DNA of 64,000 bases from an uncultured bacterium (GCA_963822585.1 CAWGIE010000026.1:192001-256000); one strand, 5' to 3'; counted from the stretch's first letter, positions 51,390 through 61,610 are shown. Notes: generated from the sequence alone by a model not told the origin. Numbers and translations: made by a program.

Positions 51390-51482
51390 AAAATTTTCAT
51401 CTACGATGAAAATTTTGATGATTAAGCTGCTAAAATATACTTTACCAATAGAATATATACCATTATATACTCTCACACAAGC

Positions 51483-53075
51483 ATGAATATAAGAAAGACA
51501 GTCCATGGCCTATTTTCGTTCCTCTCCGTTTCGCCTCGCAACAGTTTGATTTTCTTCCGGGCGGCACGCTCGCTGGCGACATGCCTGCTGCTGCTCATTC
51601 TGATCGCCACCGGCTGTGGGAAGAAGGCGGGGAAGGAAATCTCGATCGTCTATACCAACGATCTCCACGGCCATGTCCTGCCGGAACGGGTGCGCGACTG
51701 GTCGGGGCGGACAGGGGGCTACGCGGTCTTCGTCGGCTGGCTGAAAGACGTTCGCCGGGAGAATGAGGAAAAGAACGTTCCGACACTCCTCCTCGATGCC
51801 GGTGATATCTTCATGGGAACGGTGGAGGGCAACCTTACCCGGGGGAGCTCGATCATCAAGCTGATGAACCTCGCCGGTTATGAGGCGATGACTCTGGGGA
51901 ACCATGAGTTCGACTTCGGTTTTTACAACCTCCAGCAGCTTGCCGAACTGGCGGACTTTCCCTTCCTGAGCGCGAATGTTCTTCAGAAGAAGACCGATCG
52001 CCTTCTCTCCTTCACCAAACCCTACATTATCAAGCAATATGACGGACTGACCGTCGGCATCATCGGGGTCACCACCGCCGAAGTTCCCGAGATAACCATG
52101 GCAAAAAACGTCGGGCAGGTGATCTTCAAGGAGCCGATCGAGACCGTCCGAACCTATCAGCGGCTTCTTGAACAGGAGGGGATCGATCTCCTGATCGTAC
52201 TCAGCCACCTGGGTCTGGAGGAAGACAAAGAACTGGCCCGGGCGGTGCCCAAGATCGATCTCATTATCGGCGGCCACAGTCACAACCTCCTCACCAAGCC
52301 GCTCCGGGTTGGAGAGCGGGGCACTCTCATCTGCCAGGCGGGGAGCTACGGACGCTTCGCCGGGAGGATCGACCTTTTTGTCGACACTGCACGAGACACG
52401 ATCTCATCCTTCGAATCGATAATCTTTATCAACCGCCAGTGGAGCAGCCCGGCCGATATCGCGACCAACCGGGTCCTGGAGGGAATCAAGGCCGAGGCGG
52501 GCCCTGAATATGACCAGGTGGTGGGGCAAACTCTCCAGGACATACTTACCGACGACAACGAGGAATCTCCCCTGGGCGACCTGATCGCCGATGCCATCCG
52601 GGCGGCAGCCAACGCCAAGGTTTCATTTCAGAATCCATACGGCATCCGGGGAGACCTCTTTCAGGGGAAGATCACGAGGAGGGATGTGTTCAGGATACTC
52701 CCCTTCGACGATACCATTATTACCATGGAGTTGACCGGAAGGCAGATCCGGGAAATCCTCGAACAGAGCCTGACGAAGCAGAAAGGGATGCTGCAAATTT
52801 CCGGGTTGCGGGTCGAATACGGCCGGGACCGGCCGGAAGGGAGCCGGGTGCTCTCGGTGAGAATCGGCGAAGACCAGCTGGAGGATGGAACCCGGTATAC
52901 CGTCGCCACCAATGGTTTCCTCGCCGGCGGGGGTGATTATTTCAGCACCTTCTCCGGAGGCGAAACGCCCCGGGATACGGGGATACTCCTGCGGGATGCC
53001 TTCATTGACTACATCAAGGACCACACCCCCCTCTATCCGGTAGCTTTTACCCGCGACCGGTGGGTGGAGAGGTAA
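51483..53075 (+). CDS. Bifunctional UDP-sugar hydrolase / 5'-nucleotidase (lipoprotein-like)
   Basis: TNDLHG, DAGD, GNHEFD, LSHLG, GGHSH and a 5'-nucleotidase C-domain. Start uncertain. Confidence 0.9.
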   Translation: MNIRKTVHGLFSFLSVSPRNSLIFFRAARSLATCLLLLILIATGCGKKAGKEISIVYTNDLHGHVLPERVRDWSGRTGGYAVFVGWLKDVRRENEEKNVPTLLLDAGDIFMGTVEGNLTRGSSIIKLMNLAGYEAMTLGNHEFDFGFYNLQQLAELADFPFLSANVLQKKTDRLLSFTKPYIIKQYDGLTVGIIGVTTAEVPEITMAKNVGQVIFKEPIETVRTYQRLLEQEGIDLLIVLSHLGLEEDKELARAVPKIDLIIGGHSHNLLTKPLRVGERGTLICQAGSYGRFAGRIDLFVDTARDTISSFESIIFINRQWSSPADIATNRVLEGIKAEAGPEYDQVVGQTLQDILTDDNEESPLGDLIADAIRAAANAKVSFQNPYGIRGDLFQGKITRRDVFRILPFDDTIITMELTGRQIREILEQSLTKQKGMLQISGLRVEYGRDRPEGSRVLSVRIGEDQLEDGTRYTVATNGFLAGGGDYFSTFSGGETPRDTGILLRDAFIDYIKDHTPLYPVAFTRDRWVER

Positions 53076-53119
53076 TCGAAGCATAGAGCACGGAAGCCAA
53101 TCCCGCATAAAGGGACCGG

Positions 53120-53485
53120 TTAAGCATCGGGGCCGGTCAGCGTCCTGATCGCCGAGGCGACCGAGGGCTGGATCTGAAAGACGCCGTACATGCCGGTGAC
53201 CGAGAGAAGGGAACTGACCATGAGGACCGGGTTGCAGAGTATCATCCGGCGGCCGGCGGCCTTCAGTTTCTTGTGGAGAGCGAGAAGAATACCCAGGGCT
53301 CCCGATGAGGCATAGGATACGTCACTGATATCGACGATCAGGTCAGCCTGGAGGCCATCTTTACTGGTTGCTTGTTCCAGGGCGAGATTAACCTTGCCGG
53401 CGACGGGGGATGCCCACGCGGCATCGAAACGACCGCCCAGGGTGACCAGGAGATAGCCGGGCCCGTTTGTTATCTCGATTTTCAC
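53120..53485 (-). CDS. STAS domain anti-sigma factor antagonist
   Basis: LGGRFDA, VDISDVSYASSGALGIL, G.YGVF. Confidence 0.8.
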   Translation of the reverse strand: MKIEITNGPGYLLVTLGGRFDAAWASPVAGKVNLALEQATSKDGLQADLIVDISDVSYASSGALGILLALHKKLKAAGRRMILCNPVLMVSSLLSVTGMYGVFQIQPSVASAIRTLTGPDA

Positions 53486-53616
53486 TGTACTTTATTGCGG
53501 CTTTCTTCCATTTTATGCGGGTCAATGTTCTCCATCCCACACAATCAGGAAGGGAAGATTTTAGCTCCGCGGAAACAGATCCGCTTCAACTTGACATACG
53601 CTGCCGGAAAAAGAGC

Positions 53617-54861
53617 ATGATAACGCACGGAAGGGGAAAAAGCAAAAAATATCCGCAGCGAACAATCATTTCGGCGATAGCCTGCCTGCTGACGGTATTC
53701 ACTTCTTGCTTCTCCAGCGCATCCGCGATCACCGTTCGCGGCCCGGTCGCACATATCCCCACTACCACCATTCCTCATCGGGAAACACTCTACATCCCGG
53801 TGGCGGCGCTCGCCCGCGCGTATGGCCTGACTCTTTCCGAACAGGAGGGTTCAAGCTTTGTCTTCAGCTCCGACGACCTGCGTCTGGCGATGCAGCCCGG
53901 GAGCCGGGCGGTGGAAATCAACGGGGAGGTCGTGATAATGGACTCTCCGATCGACTGGGCCGAAGGGATGCTGATCGCGCCCATCTACCTGGCAATCATG
54001 ATCCTGCCCGGCCGTTTCCCGGCGCGGGGAACGGAACTCCCCCCGCCGGGGGGGCGGATCCGGATTATGCTTGATCCGGGGCATGGCGGGATCGACCCCG
54101 GGGCCATCGGCGAGGAGGGACTGCAGGAAAAAGATGTCGTTCTCGAAATCGCCCGGAAAGTGCGCGATCTGCTCCAGGCAGAGGGTTATGAAGTTTTTCT
54201 GACCAGGACCGGAGATCGCTTCGTCTCGCTGAAGAAGCGTGCCCGGCAGGCCAACCGGAGCCGGGTCGATCTTTTTGTCAGCATTCACGCCAACGCCGCC
54301 TTTAACCACCTGGCCCGGGGAACGGAGACTTTCTACTATGCCCCGGCCTCCGACCGGCTGGCCTGGAAAACAGCTTTACTGGAGAACGCGGTGCTCCGAT
54401 TGGAAGCGTTCGCGGACAGCCCGGAGTACGGGAACAACAACGAAGGAAATGGCCTCTCCCGGGGCAAGGATCGCTTGAGCGAGAACATCCGCGCGGCCGG
54501 CTGCGTGCAGAGGAGAATAAGTCCGGTCACTGAATGCGAAGACAGGGGGATCAAGGCGGCGGAGTTTTATGTTTTAAAATACACCCGGATGCCGTCCATC
54601 CTGGTGGAGACGGGGTTCCTCTCCAACAGCCAGGAGCGTGAGCGCCTGGCCGACGGCGCTTACCGGGTCAGGATGGCGAAAGCGATCGCCCGGGGAATAT
54701 GTGATTATTGCGGGGGGAATTCGGTAGCGGGGAAAATAAACAATAGCTCCGCAAAGGTCGACCCGGGAAATTTTCCTTCCGTTGCGGCCGAGTCTGCCTA
54801 TAATATGAACGGACAGTCAGAAAGCAACCCCGGGGGGAAAGCCCCGGAAAAGGAGGATTAA
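53617..54861 (+). CDS. N-acetylmuramoyl-L-alanine amidase (Amidase_3)
   Basis: LDPGHGGIDPGA, EKDVVL, FVSIHANA, SILVETGFLSN. Start uncertain. Confidence 0.9.
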   Translation: MITHGRGKSKKYPQRTIISAIACLLTVFTSCFSSASAITVRGPVAHIPTTTIPHRETLYIPVAALARAYGLTLSEQEGSSFVFSSDDLRLAMQPGSRAVEINGEVVIMDSPIDWAEGMLIAPIYLAIMILPGRFPARGTELPPPGGRIRIMLDPGHGGIDPGAIGEEGLQEKDVVLEIARKVRDLLQAEGYEVFLTRTGDRFVSLKKRARQANRSRVDLFVSIHANAAFNHLARGTETFYYAPASDRLAWKTALLENAVLRLEAFADSPEYGNNNEGNGLSRGKDRLSENIRAAGCVQRRISPVTECEDRGIKAAEFYVLKYTRMPSILVETGFLSNSQERERLADGAYRVRMAKAIARGICDYCGGNSVAGKINNSSAKVDPGNFPSVAAESAYNMNGQSESNPGGKAPEKED

Positions 54862-55961
54862 TGAAGGAAAAAACAAGGATGCTGGTGCTGACGTTGTTGC
54901 TGGCAACCCTGCCGGCCATCCCCGCGGCGGCCGGAGCCGTTACTCTCCCCACCGATATTACCTGGGTCATGTCCGCGGACACCTACAAGGAGTGTGTTCA
55001 GCAGGCCTATCTCAATGCGATGAACCGCTTGAAAAAGCTGGCGGAGGGGAAGGAAGCGGGGAGCTGGTGCGTGGTTCTGGACGCCGACGAAACCATTATC
55101 AGTAACGTGCGCTTTCAAGCCGATCTGGCCGCCAAAAAACAGGGCTATTCCAAAACAGCCTGGAACGCCTGGTGTTCGCGGGCGGAATCTCCCGTCCTCC
55201 CCGGGGTGATTGAATTTCTCGACCTCGTTCATACGCTGGGCGGAAAGATCATCATCATCACCAACCGGCAGTCACCGTTGCGCGAACCCACCGTGAAGAA
55301 TCTCACGGAACAGGGGATTCCCTTCGATCTCTGCCTCCTGCGCGAAGGGACGTATAAGGACGATCGGACAAAAACCGTCCGCCGGTCCGATATTGAGAAG
55401 GGGACGGTGAAGGATCTCCCCCTGGGAAAGAAACTCCCCCCTCTCGAGATTTTGATGCTGGCGGGGGATCAGACCCATGATCTTTACGAGCGGGGATCAT
55501 TCGCGGACATGAAAGACCGTTTCGGGAAAGATTTGATTATTATACCCAACCCGATGTACGGAGACTGGACGCAGGCGGCGGACGATTTCAAGCTCTCTTC
55601 CTCCGCCTCGCGGGCTCCGGCCCCGGTAAAGACCGAAGCGGCCCCGGAATCCGCTTCGCCGGAAGAGGCGATTACCTGGCAGGAGGCCATGGACAGAATC
55701 GGTGACACGGTGACGGTCGACGCGACGATCGTGAACGTCTATGACCCGGCGGCCCGGGGCAAAAAAGGCCCGGTCAAGCTCAATACAGACAGAAACTGGA
55801 ACGACAGTCTCACCATCGTTCTCTTCAACAAAAACGACCAATTCGGAGATCCGGCCCGGTTCAACGGCAAACGGGTCCGGGCCCGGGGGAAGGTCAGCAC
55901 GTACCAGGATGCCGTCCAGCTCACGGTTTTCGGCCCGGACGACATCGAGATCGTGGAATAA
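54861..55961 (+). CDS. Secreted HAD acid phosphatase (e(P4)-like) with a C-terminal OB-fold-like domain
   Basis: Signal peptide, VLDADETI, ITNR, GDQ..D, IPNPMYGDW, an Ala/Pro linker, then a ~95-aa beta domain. Confidence 0.8.
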   Translation: MKEKTRMLVLTLLLATLPAIPAAAGAVTLPTDITWVMSADTYKECVQQAYLNAMNRLKKLAEGKEAGSWCVVLDADETIISNVRFQADLAAKKQGYSKTAWNAWCSRAESPVLPGVIEFLDLVHTLGGKIIIITNRQSPLREPTVKNLTEQGIPFDLCLLREGTYKDDRTKTVRRSDIEKGTVKDLPLGKKLPPLEILMLAGDQTHDLYERGSFADMKDRFGKDLIIIPNPMYGDWTQAADDFKLSSSASRAPAPVKTEAAPESASPEEAITWQEAMDRIGDTVTVDATIVNVYDPAARGKKGPVKLNTDRNWNDSLTIVLFNKNDQFGDPARFNGKRVRARGKVSTYQDAVQLTVFGPDDIEIVE

Positions 55962-55966
55962 AGTAA

Positions 55967-56058
55967 TTCACCATGAAGGACACGAAGAACACGAAGAATA
56001 GATGAGAAAACAAATAAGATTTAACTCGTTTTTTAGAATTCTTCGTGACCTTCGTGGT
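55967..56058. repeat. Inverted tandem-repeat element, family A
   Basis: CACCATGAAGGACACGAAGAACACGAAG faces CTTCGTGACCTTCGTGGT. The spacer resembles that of 524-621. Confidence 0.85.
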
Positions 56059-56122
56059 TTTCATTAGTTTAGAGTCAATGTGGTCTAATATTCAAGCAGG
56101 ATATAAATAAAGGAAAAGCTTA

Positions 56123-57202
56123 ATGGGTTTTAAAATACAATCAATCCCCGCCACTGTCGCCGGGTCGGTGGGCAACTTCGGTTTCTACCGGGACCTGATC
56201 CGCCGCCCGGTCAGGGAGGCGTTCATCTACCTGGCCGTCCTGACGCTGATCCCGGTTCTTCTCTTCACCGGGTCCCAGCTCTACGAACTGAACAAGATCA
56301 TGGTTCAGATCACGGAATCATTGAAAGGTCACCTCCCGCCGCTTCGGATTGAAGAGGGGACCGTCATCATGGACGGCAGCGAAACCTTCAATTTCGAAAA
56401 GGAGAACGAATACACCGTTCAGGATTGGAAGGCGGTTATCAATATCCTCTCCGAACGGCGGGACCGGGAGACGGAGGCCGCTCTCAGGAAAGAGAAGCAG
56501 GGTGCTGCTCTCAATCAGGAAGAGCGGGATAGAATAGCCGCTTTTCGGCAGGCGGAGCAAAGAGGAAAAGACGCTTTGAATTGGGTCGACAGCAACTTCC
56601 CCGATCCGGCAGCCGTCATTACTTCCCAACAGGGAGATGCTCTCCTGAAGAGCACGCCACCGCAAGATGCGGAGACGGCGCAGCTTCTCCGGGAGACGGC
56701 ACATTTCTTCAACTTTGTCTTTCTGGTCGATCTGACCACCGAAGACCCCCAACTGCCCCCGGGGGTCATGGGGTTCGCCCTGAGCAAGGACGGCTATACC
56801 ATAAGCACCCCGCTGATGCCGAAGAAGATAAAGTTTTCCCGGGACGTCTCAACGGTTATTAATGACGACATACTGGACAGTTGGCGAAAATCCTTTATCT
56901 GGCAGATGGTTCCCTTACTGCTCGCGATCGTATTTCTGATCTCTTACCTGATCATCCTCATCATCGTGCTCGGCGGAAGCGCCCTGGCGGGATTGACCGC
57001 CTCAATCCTGAAAACCCGGCTTCTTTTCCGCCAGGCTTTCGCGATCGGCGTCTACGCGATCACCCCGGCTCTGCTCTTCGTGGTGCTGTATCTCATCCTG
57101 ATCCTGTTCCATGTTTCGCTGAGCTATACCCCGGTGATCTTTCTTCTCCTTTATGGTTTTTACGCGATCAGCGCGGCAAAAAAATGCTGTTCCACGAATT
57201 AA
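56123..57202 (+). CDS. Membrane protein (DUF1189-like)
   Basis: One N-terminal TM, a large soluble domain (LPPLRIEEG), three C-terminal TMs with YAITP. Confidence 0.55.
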   Translation: MGFKIQSIPATVAGSVGNFGFYRDLIRRPVREAFIYLAVLTLIPVLLFTGSQLYELNKIMVQITESLKGHLPPLRIEEGTVIMDGSETFNFEKENEYTVQDWKAVINILSERRDRETEAALRKEKQGAALNQEERDRIAAFRQAEQRGKDALNWVDSNFPDPAAVITSQQGDALLKSTPPQDAETAQLLRETAHFFNFVFLVDLTTEDPQLPPGVMGFALSKDGYTISTPLMPKKIKFSRDVSTVINDDILDSWRKSFIWQMVPLLLAIVFLISYLIILIIVLGGSALAGLTASILKTRLLFRQAFAIGVYAITPALLFVVLYLILILFHVSLSYTPVIFLLLYGFYAISAAKKCCSTN

Positions 57203-57437
57203 GATCACTTGCCGACGTGAGATTTCAACGATCTGCGTAGCAGGAATCACTCTATTTATTATGGTTCTCTTCCCTTTTGTGTGGGCGGTTATCATACTCA
57301 ACAAGTGCGGCTAATCACATTCTGGAGCTATTTTGGAGTGCATTGACCGTGTCAATGCATGCAGCGACATAGTCGCTGCGCTCCATAATAACCATAATTT
57401 GCCCACACAAAATGGCAGAGAACCTGTATTATTAACA

Positions 57438-57884
57438 ATGCGTAGATCCGCAATCATAGTGGCCGGTGTTACCTCTCTGCTCGTGGCATATACAGGATGC
57501 CGGAACGAAGCCGATACCGGGGTCGTGTTCGGGGAGGGGACCGTCCGGATCGGAAACACGACCATCGATGTCCTGATTGCGCTCACCGGTCCCCAGATGG
57601 AGCAGGGCCTGAAGTACCGTCACAGCCTGGGGGAAGATCGGGGTATGCTCTTTATCTACTCCCAGCCGGTCAGGACCCCCTTCTGGATGAAAGACACCCA
57701 CATCCCCCTCTCCATCGCCTTCATCAACCGGGAAGGGATCATTATCAGCATCAAGGAGATGGCGCCGGATAACGATCAACGGATGTACTCTCCGCCGGGG
57801 CCGTTCCTTTATGCCCTGGAGATGAACCAGGGATGGTTCACGGAAAACAATGTCAAAGTCGGGGACAAGATAATCATAGAATGA
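57438..57884 (+). CDS. DUF192 family protein
   Basis: GLKYR..L..DRGMLF, FWMKDTHIPLSIAFI, YALEMNQGWF, VGD. Confidence 0.88.
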   Translation: MRRSAIIVAGVTSLLVAYTGCRNEADTGVVFGEGTVRIGNTTIDVLIALTGPQMEQGLKYRHSLGEDRGMLFIYSQPVRTPFWMKDTHIPLSIAFINREGIIISIKEMAPDNDQRMYSPPGPFLYALEMNQGWFTENNVKVGDKIIIE

Positions 57885-57913
57885 TGACATAAGGGAAAAT
57901 CCTCTTTTAAATA

Positions 57914-58055
57914 AAATTCCAAATAACAAATTCCAAATTCCAAATAAATTCCAAATCATAAATAACAAATCCCAAACACGCTTACAGCCCCATGGCTTAA
58001 CCCGGTGTGCGTCTTGTGTCAGGTGTTTGGAGTTTGGTGCTTGGGATTTGGGATT
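57914..58055. repeat. Inverted tandem-repeat element, family F
   Basis: AAATTCCAAATAACAAATTCCAAATTCC.. faces TTTGGAGTTTGGTGCTTGGGATTTGGGATTT. Confidence 0.8.
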
Positions 58056-58118
58056 TAACTATAGTGGATTATCCATAACGACCTTATATCGTTAAACGAG
58101 AAACCATTTGAGTCCATA

Positions 58119-59066
58119 ATGAGAATTATATTCATGGGAACGCCGGAGTTCGCTCTCCCCGGGCTGGAAGAGCTGGCAGAGCGGGGGATAACGATTTCCG
58201 CGGTGATCACCCGGCCCGATCAACCGGCCGGCCGGGGGAGAAAGACCCGGCCGTCGCCGATAAAAAAAATGGCGATGAACCGGGGGCTGAACGTCCTCCA
58301 GCCGGAAAAGTTGAACGATCCGGCTCTCGTCGCGTCGATCACGGCTCTTGACCCGGACCTGATCGTCGTCTCCGCGTACGGAAAATACATCCCCGCCTCG
58401 TTTCTCGATCGCGCCCGGCATCGCGGAATCAACCTTCACCCCTCGCTTTTACCGCGGTACCGGGGAGCGGCTCCTATCCAGTGGACACTGATCAACGGCG
58501 ACCGGGAGGCCGGGGTCAGCGTTATCTCGGTGAGCGAGCAGATGGACGCGGGCGATATTTACGCCCAGAAATCGATCCCCGTGCGGCCGGACGATAACGC
58601 GGAAACCCTCTCCCGAAAATTGTCCCGGGAAGGAGGAGGATTGTTGGCGGACGTGGTGGAGATGATCGCCCGCGGCACCGCCTCCCCCCATCCTCAGAAG
58701 CAAGAGGAAGTTACCTTCGCGCCCCGCCTGACCAAAGCAGACGGATGGATCGACTGGGAGGAGCCGGCCGGGCGGATCAATAACCGGGTTCGGGGGCTTT
58801 ATCCCTGGCCCGGCACCTTTACCACACTGGAAACTCCGCAAGGATCCGTGAAACTGAAAATAATCCAGTGCGTTCCCCTGCCGGGCGCAGAGGGCAGCCC
58901 GGGCGAAGTCCTGGAGGCGAAAGGAACAACCCTCACCATCGCCGCCGGAGAAGGGAAACTGGCTGTCCTCCGGCTGCAGCTGGAAGGGAGACGGCCCCTG
59001 GCGACGGCGGAATTCCTGCGCGGCCACCCGATCCCCCCCGGAACCATCTTGGGGAAAACCCCCTGA
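58119..59066 (+). CDS. fmt: Methionyl-tRNA formyltransferase
   Basis: MRIIFMGTPEFA, INLHPSLLPRYRGAAPIQ, MDAGDI, PWPG. Confidence 0.97.
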   Translation: MRIIFMGTPEFALPGLEELAERGITISAVITRPDQPAGRGRKTRPSPIKKMAMNRGLNVLQPEKLNDPALVASITALDPDLIVVSAYGKYIPASFLDRARHRGINLHPSLLPRYRGAAPIQWTLINGDREAGVSVISVSEQMDAGDIYAQKSIPVRPDDNAETLSRKLSREGGGLLADVVEMIARGTASPHPQKQEEVTFAPRLTKADGWIDWEEPAGRINNRVRGLYPWPGTFTTLETPQGSVKLKIIQCVPLPGAEGSPGEVLEAKGTTLTIAAGEGKLAVLRLQLEGRRPLATAEFLRGHPIPPGTILGKTP

Positions 59067-59082
59067 CCTCACTCATTTTTTT

Positions 59083-59255
59083 GCCACCCCCGTACAGCTT
59101 CGCTACGGGGCGGGGCAAGACACCAAGGCACCAAGAATGAATATGGAGGGGCCGTTAACGTGTTGCTTCGAAATTCCCCGACAAACATCTGGAGACCCCG
59201 CTTGATCGTGATAACTCTCCTGGTCTTTTCCTTGGTGTCTTAGTGTCTTGGTGGC
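59083..59255. repeat. Family B element with a hairpin inserted in its left arm
   Basis: GCCAC[CCCCGTACAGCTTCGCTACGGGGCGGGG]CAAGACACCAAGGCACCAAGA faces CTTGGTGTCTTAGTGTCTTGGTGGC. Confidence 0.8.
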
Positions 59256-59271
59256 TAATAAACAGCCAAAA

Positions 59272-60606
59272 ATGAAATCGCCGAGCAAACAAGATCCCCG
59301 CGGGTGCATGGTCGAGATCCTCCAGCGCTGGGAGAAGGGCGGGGGATATGCTTCCGGCCTCCTGGAGAAAGCGTTCCGCAAGACATCCTTCAGCGGCCGG
59401 GATCGGGCCCTCGTCACCGCCACGATCAACGGCGTGATCCGGCGGAAACAAACGCTGGATTGGCTGATCGACCGCTTCTCTACCGGGAAACCCCCGGCCC
59501 GGGCCGGTACCGCCCGCCAGATTCTCCGGTTCAGCATCTTTCATCTGCTCTACCTGGACACGCTCCCGGCCCACGCTGTTCTCCATCAGGCGGGCGAATT
59601 GGCCCGCCGGCTCCTCACGCCTCCGGAGGGTGGATACATCAACGGACTGCTCCGGAATATTCTCAGGAAAAGGGACGCCCTGCCTCTGCCACCAAAGGAC
59701 AATCAGGCCGAATATCTCGCGGTTGCGCACTCACACCCCCACTGGTTGGTGAACAGATGGCTGGCCCGATATCCGTTCGAAACCGTCGAAGAATTGTGCC
59801 GGATCGATAACCTCGCGCCGCCCGTCTTCGCCCGCCGCAACCTTTTGCGAACCACGGGGAACGAACTGGAGGAAGAGTTCCGTCAGGCTGGAATTGAATA
59901 CACTCTCCATGACGCGGCGGGGGGGATCTGGCGGATCAAACCCGGGCAGGACCTTTCCGGGATCACGGCTTTCCGGGCCGGTCATTTTACCATTCAGGAT
60001 ATTTCCACCCTCCGACCGGCAAATCTTCTGGCCCCCGCACCGGGAGAGGAGATCGCCGATCTCTGCGCCGCTCCCGGAGGGAAAACAGCCTATATCGCCC
60101 AGATGATGGAGAACACCGGGCATATTCTGGCCGCCGACGTCAACCCGGACCGGATCGCGAAACTGCGAGAAACAATTGAGCGGCTGGGAGTAAAGAACAC
60201 GGCGATCCGGAAGTTCAGCGTCCTTGAGAAGAAGGTGGAGACGCCCGGGAAATGGGACGGGATTCTGCTCGATGTGCCCTGCTCCAATACCGGGGTGCTC
60301 CGCCGGCGCGTTGACGCCCGCTGGCGGATAGGTCCGAGCGATATTACCCGTCTGGCGGAACAGGGGGAGAAACTCCTGCGGGCGGCGGCGGAACGGCTCC
60401 GGCCCGGAGGAAGAATTGTCTACAGCACCTGCTCGCTGGAGCCGGAAGAGAACGGGGAAGTCGTGAAGGCCTTTCTCCGGGGCAACGCGCACTTTTCATT
60501 GGAGAAAGAAGATTTTTCCCTGCCTCAGGAAAACGGAGGAGACGGCTTCTATGCTGCCCTGTTAAGAAGACAGGATCCCTTTGCATTTCTTGCGGGTAAA
60601 TGTTGA
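59272..60606 (+). CDS. rsmB: 16S rRNA (cytosine967-C5)-methyltransferase
   Basis: NusB-like N-terminus, SHPHWL, QD, DLCAAPGGKT, DVPCSNTG, YSTCS..EEN. Follows fmt. Confidence 0.93.
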   Translation: MKSPSKQDPRGCMVEILQRWEKGGGYASGLLEKAFRKTSFSGRDRALVTATINGVIRRKQTLDWLIDRFSTGKPPARAGTARQILRFSIFHLLYLDTLPAHAVLHQAGELARRLLTPPEGGYINGLLRNILRKRDALPLPPKDNQAEYLAVAHSHPHWLVNRWLARYPFETVEELCRIDNLAPPVFARRNLLRTTGNELEEEFRQAGIEYTLHDAAGGIWRIKPGQDLSGITAFRAGHFTIQDISTLRPANLLAPAPGEEIADLCAAPGGKTAYIAQMMENTGHILAADVNPDRIAKLRETIERLGVKNTAIRKFSVLEKKVETPGKWDGILLDVPCSNTGVLRRRVDARWRIGPSDITRLAEQGEKLLRAAAERLRPGGRIVYSTCSLEPEENGEVVKAFLRGNAHFSLEKEDFSLPQENGGDGFYAALLRRQDPFAFLAGKC

Positions 60607-60632
60607 CGATCCGGAAAGTATTCCAAAGGAAG

Positions 60633-60773
60633 AAATCCGAATGACGAAACCCGAAGAAATGTCTAAGCCCGAACGTCCAAATGGCTTAGCATCGCTTCAT
60701 ACTTGGTGTTCGACTTATTCTTGATTTAAGCATTGAGGTCCTATTCATAATTCGACATTCGGATTTAGTCATT
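60633..60773. repeat. Degenerate 7-bp inverted tandem-repeat element (family F-like)
   Basis: AAATCCGAATGACGAAACCCGAAGAAATGTCTAAGCCCG faces TTCGACATTCGGATTTAGTCATT. Confidence 0.55.
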
Positions 60774-60906
60774 CTTAGGCAAAATCAACACACATAAAAG
60801 GGAAGCAAATAGAAAATATTATGTCTTTTTCTCCCTTCCGATTCCGTATTATAGTATTACCGTTGGTTTCGAAGTTTAATAAAAATTTTCCGGAGGAAAA
60901 TAATAT

Positions 60907-61314
60907 ATGAAAGAGATCATCACACCCGACAATGTCCCCGCACCCATCGGCCCCTACTCGCATGCCGTGAGAGCGGACGGACTGGTCTTTATCTCGGGGC
61001 AGCTCCCCGTAACCCCGGACGGGTCGGTGGTGGAGGGGGGGATTAAAGAACAGGCCTCCCAGGCACTGGAAAACTTGAAGACTATTTTGCGGGGAGCGGA
61101 ACTGACCCTGGAACACGTGGTCAAAACAACGGTCTACCTGGATAATATCGCCGATTTTAGTGTCGTGAACGAGGTGTATGGAGAATTCTTCCCCGAGGCG
61201 CCTCCGGCCCGTGCTTGTGTCCAGGTCGCGGCCCTTCCGAAAGGGGTGCTCATCGAGATCGAAGCGGTCGCGGTACAGACCGAACTCCCGCCGTTGCCCG
61301 AGCTCGCCGTGTAG
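60907..61314 (+). CDS. RidA/YjgF family reactive intermediate deaminase
   Basis: PIGPYSHAV, SGQLP, VVKTTVYL, PARACVQVAALPKG..IEIEA. Confidence 0.92.
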   Translation: MKEIITPDNVPAPIGPYSHAVRADGLVFISGQLPVTPDGSVVEGGIKEQASQALENLKTILRGAELTLEHVVKTTVYLDNIADFSVVNEVYGEFFPEAPPARACVQVAALPKGVLIEIEAVAVQTELPPLPELAV

Positions 61315-61327
61315 AAGCCGGAAAAAT

Positions 61328-61569
61328 ATTCACCACGAAGGACACGAAGGTCACGAAGGGTATTAAAAGCGATCATGTCGTCACGGATAGACCTGCCTGA
61401 TATATATTACTATTCCGGCCGGCTTAAGACGATAGTGACAAAGGGGAGGCCGGGAATTAGAAAAACTCAAAAAATAACCAGGGAGTTTTTCTCCTCGTTA
61501 AGCTGGAACTTTCAGACGGCCCTTCAATCCAACTTTTTGATCCTTCGTGATCTTCGTGCCCTTCGTGGT
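61328..61569. repeat. Inverted tandem-repeat element, family A (long spacer)
   Basis: CACCACGAAGGACACGAAGGTCACGAAG faces CTTCGTGATCTTCGTGCCCTTCGTGGT. Confidence 0.85.
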
Positions 61570-61610
61570 AAGTTTTTTCAGGAGAAAGATAAGTGTCGGG
61601 TACAGATTCG

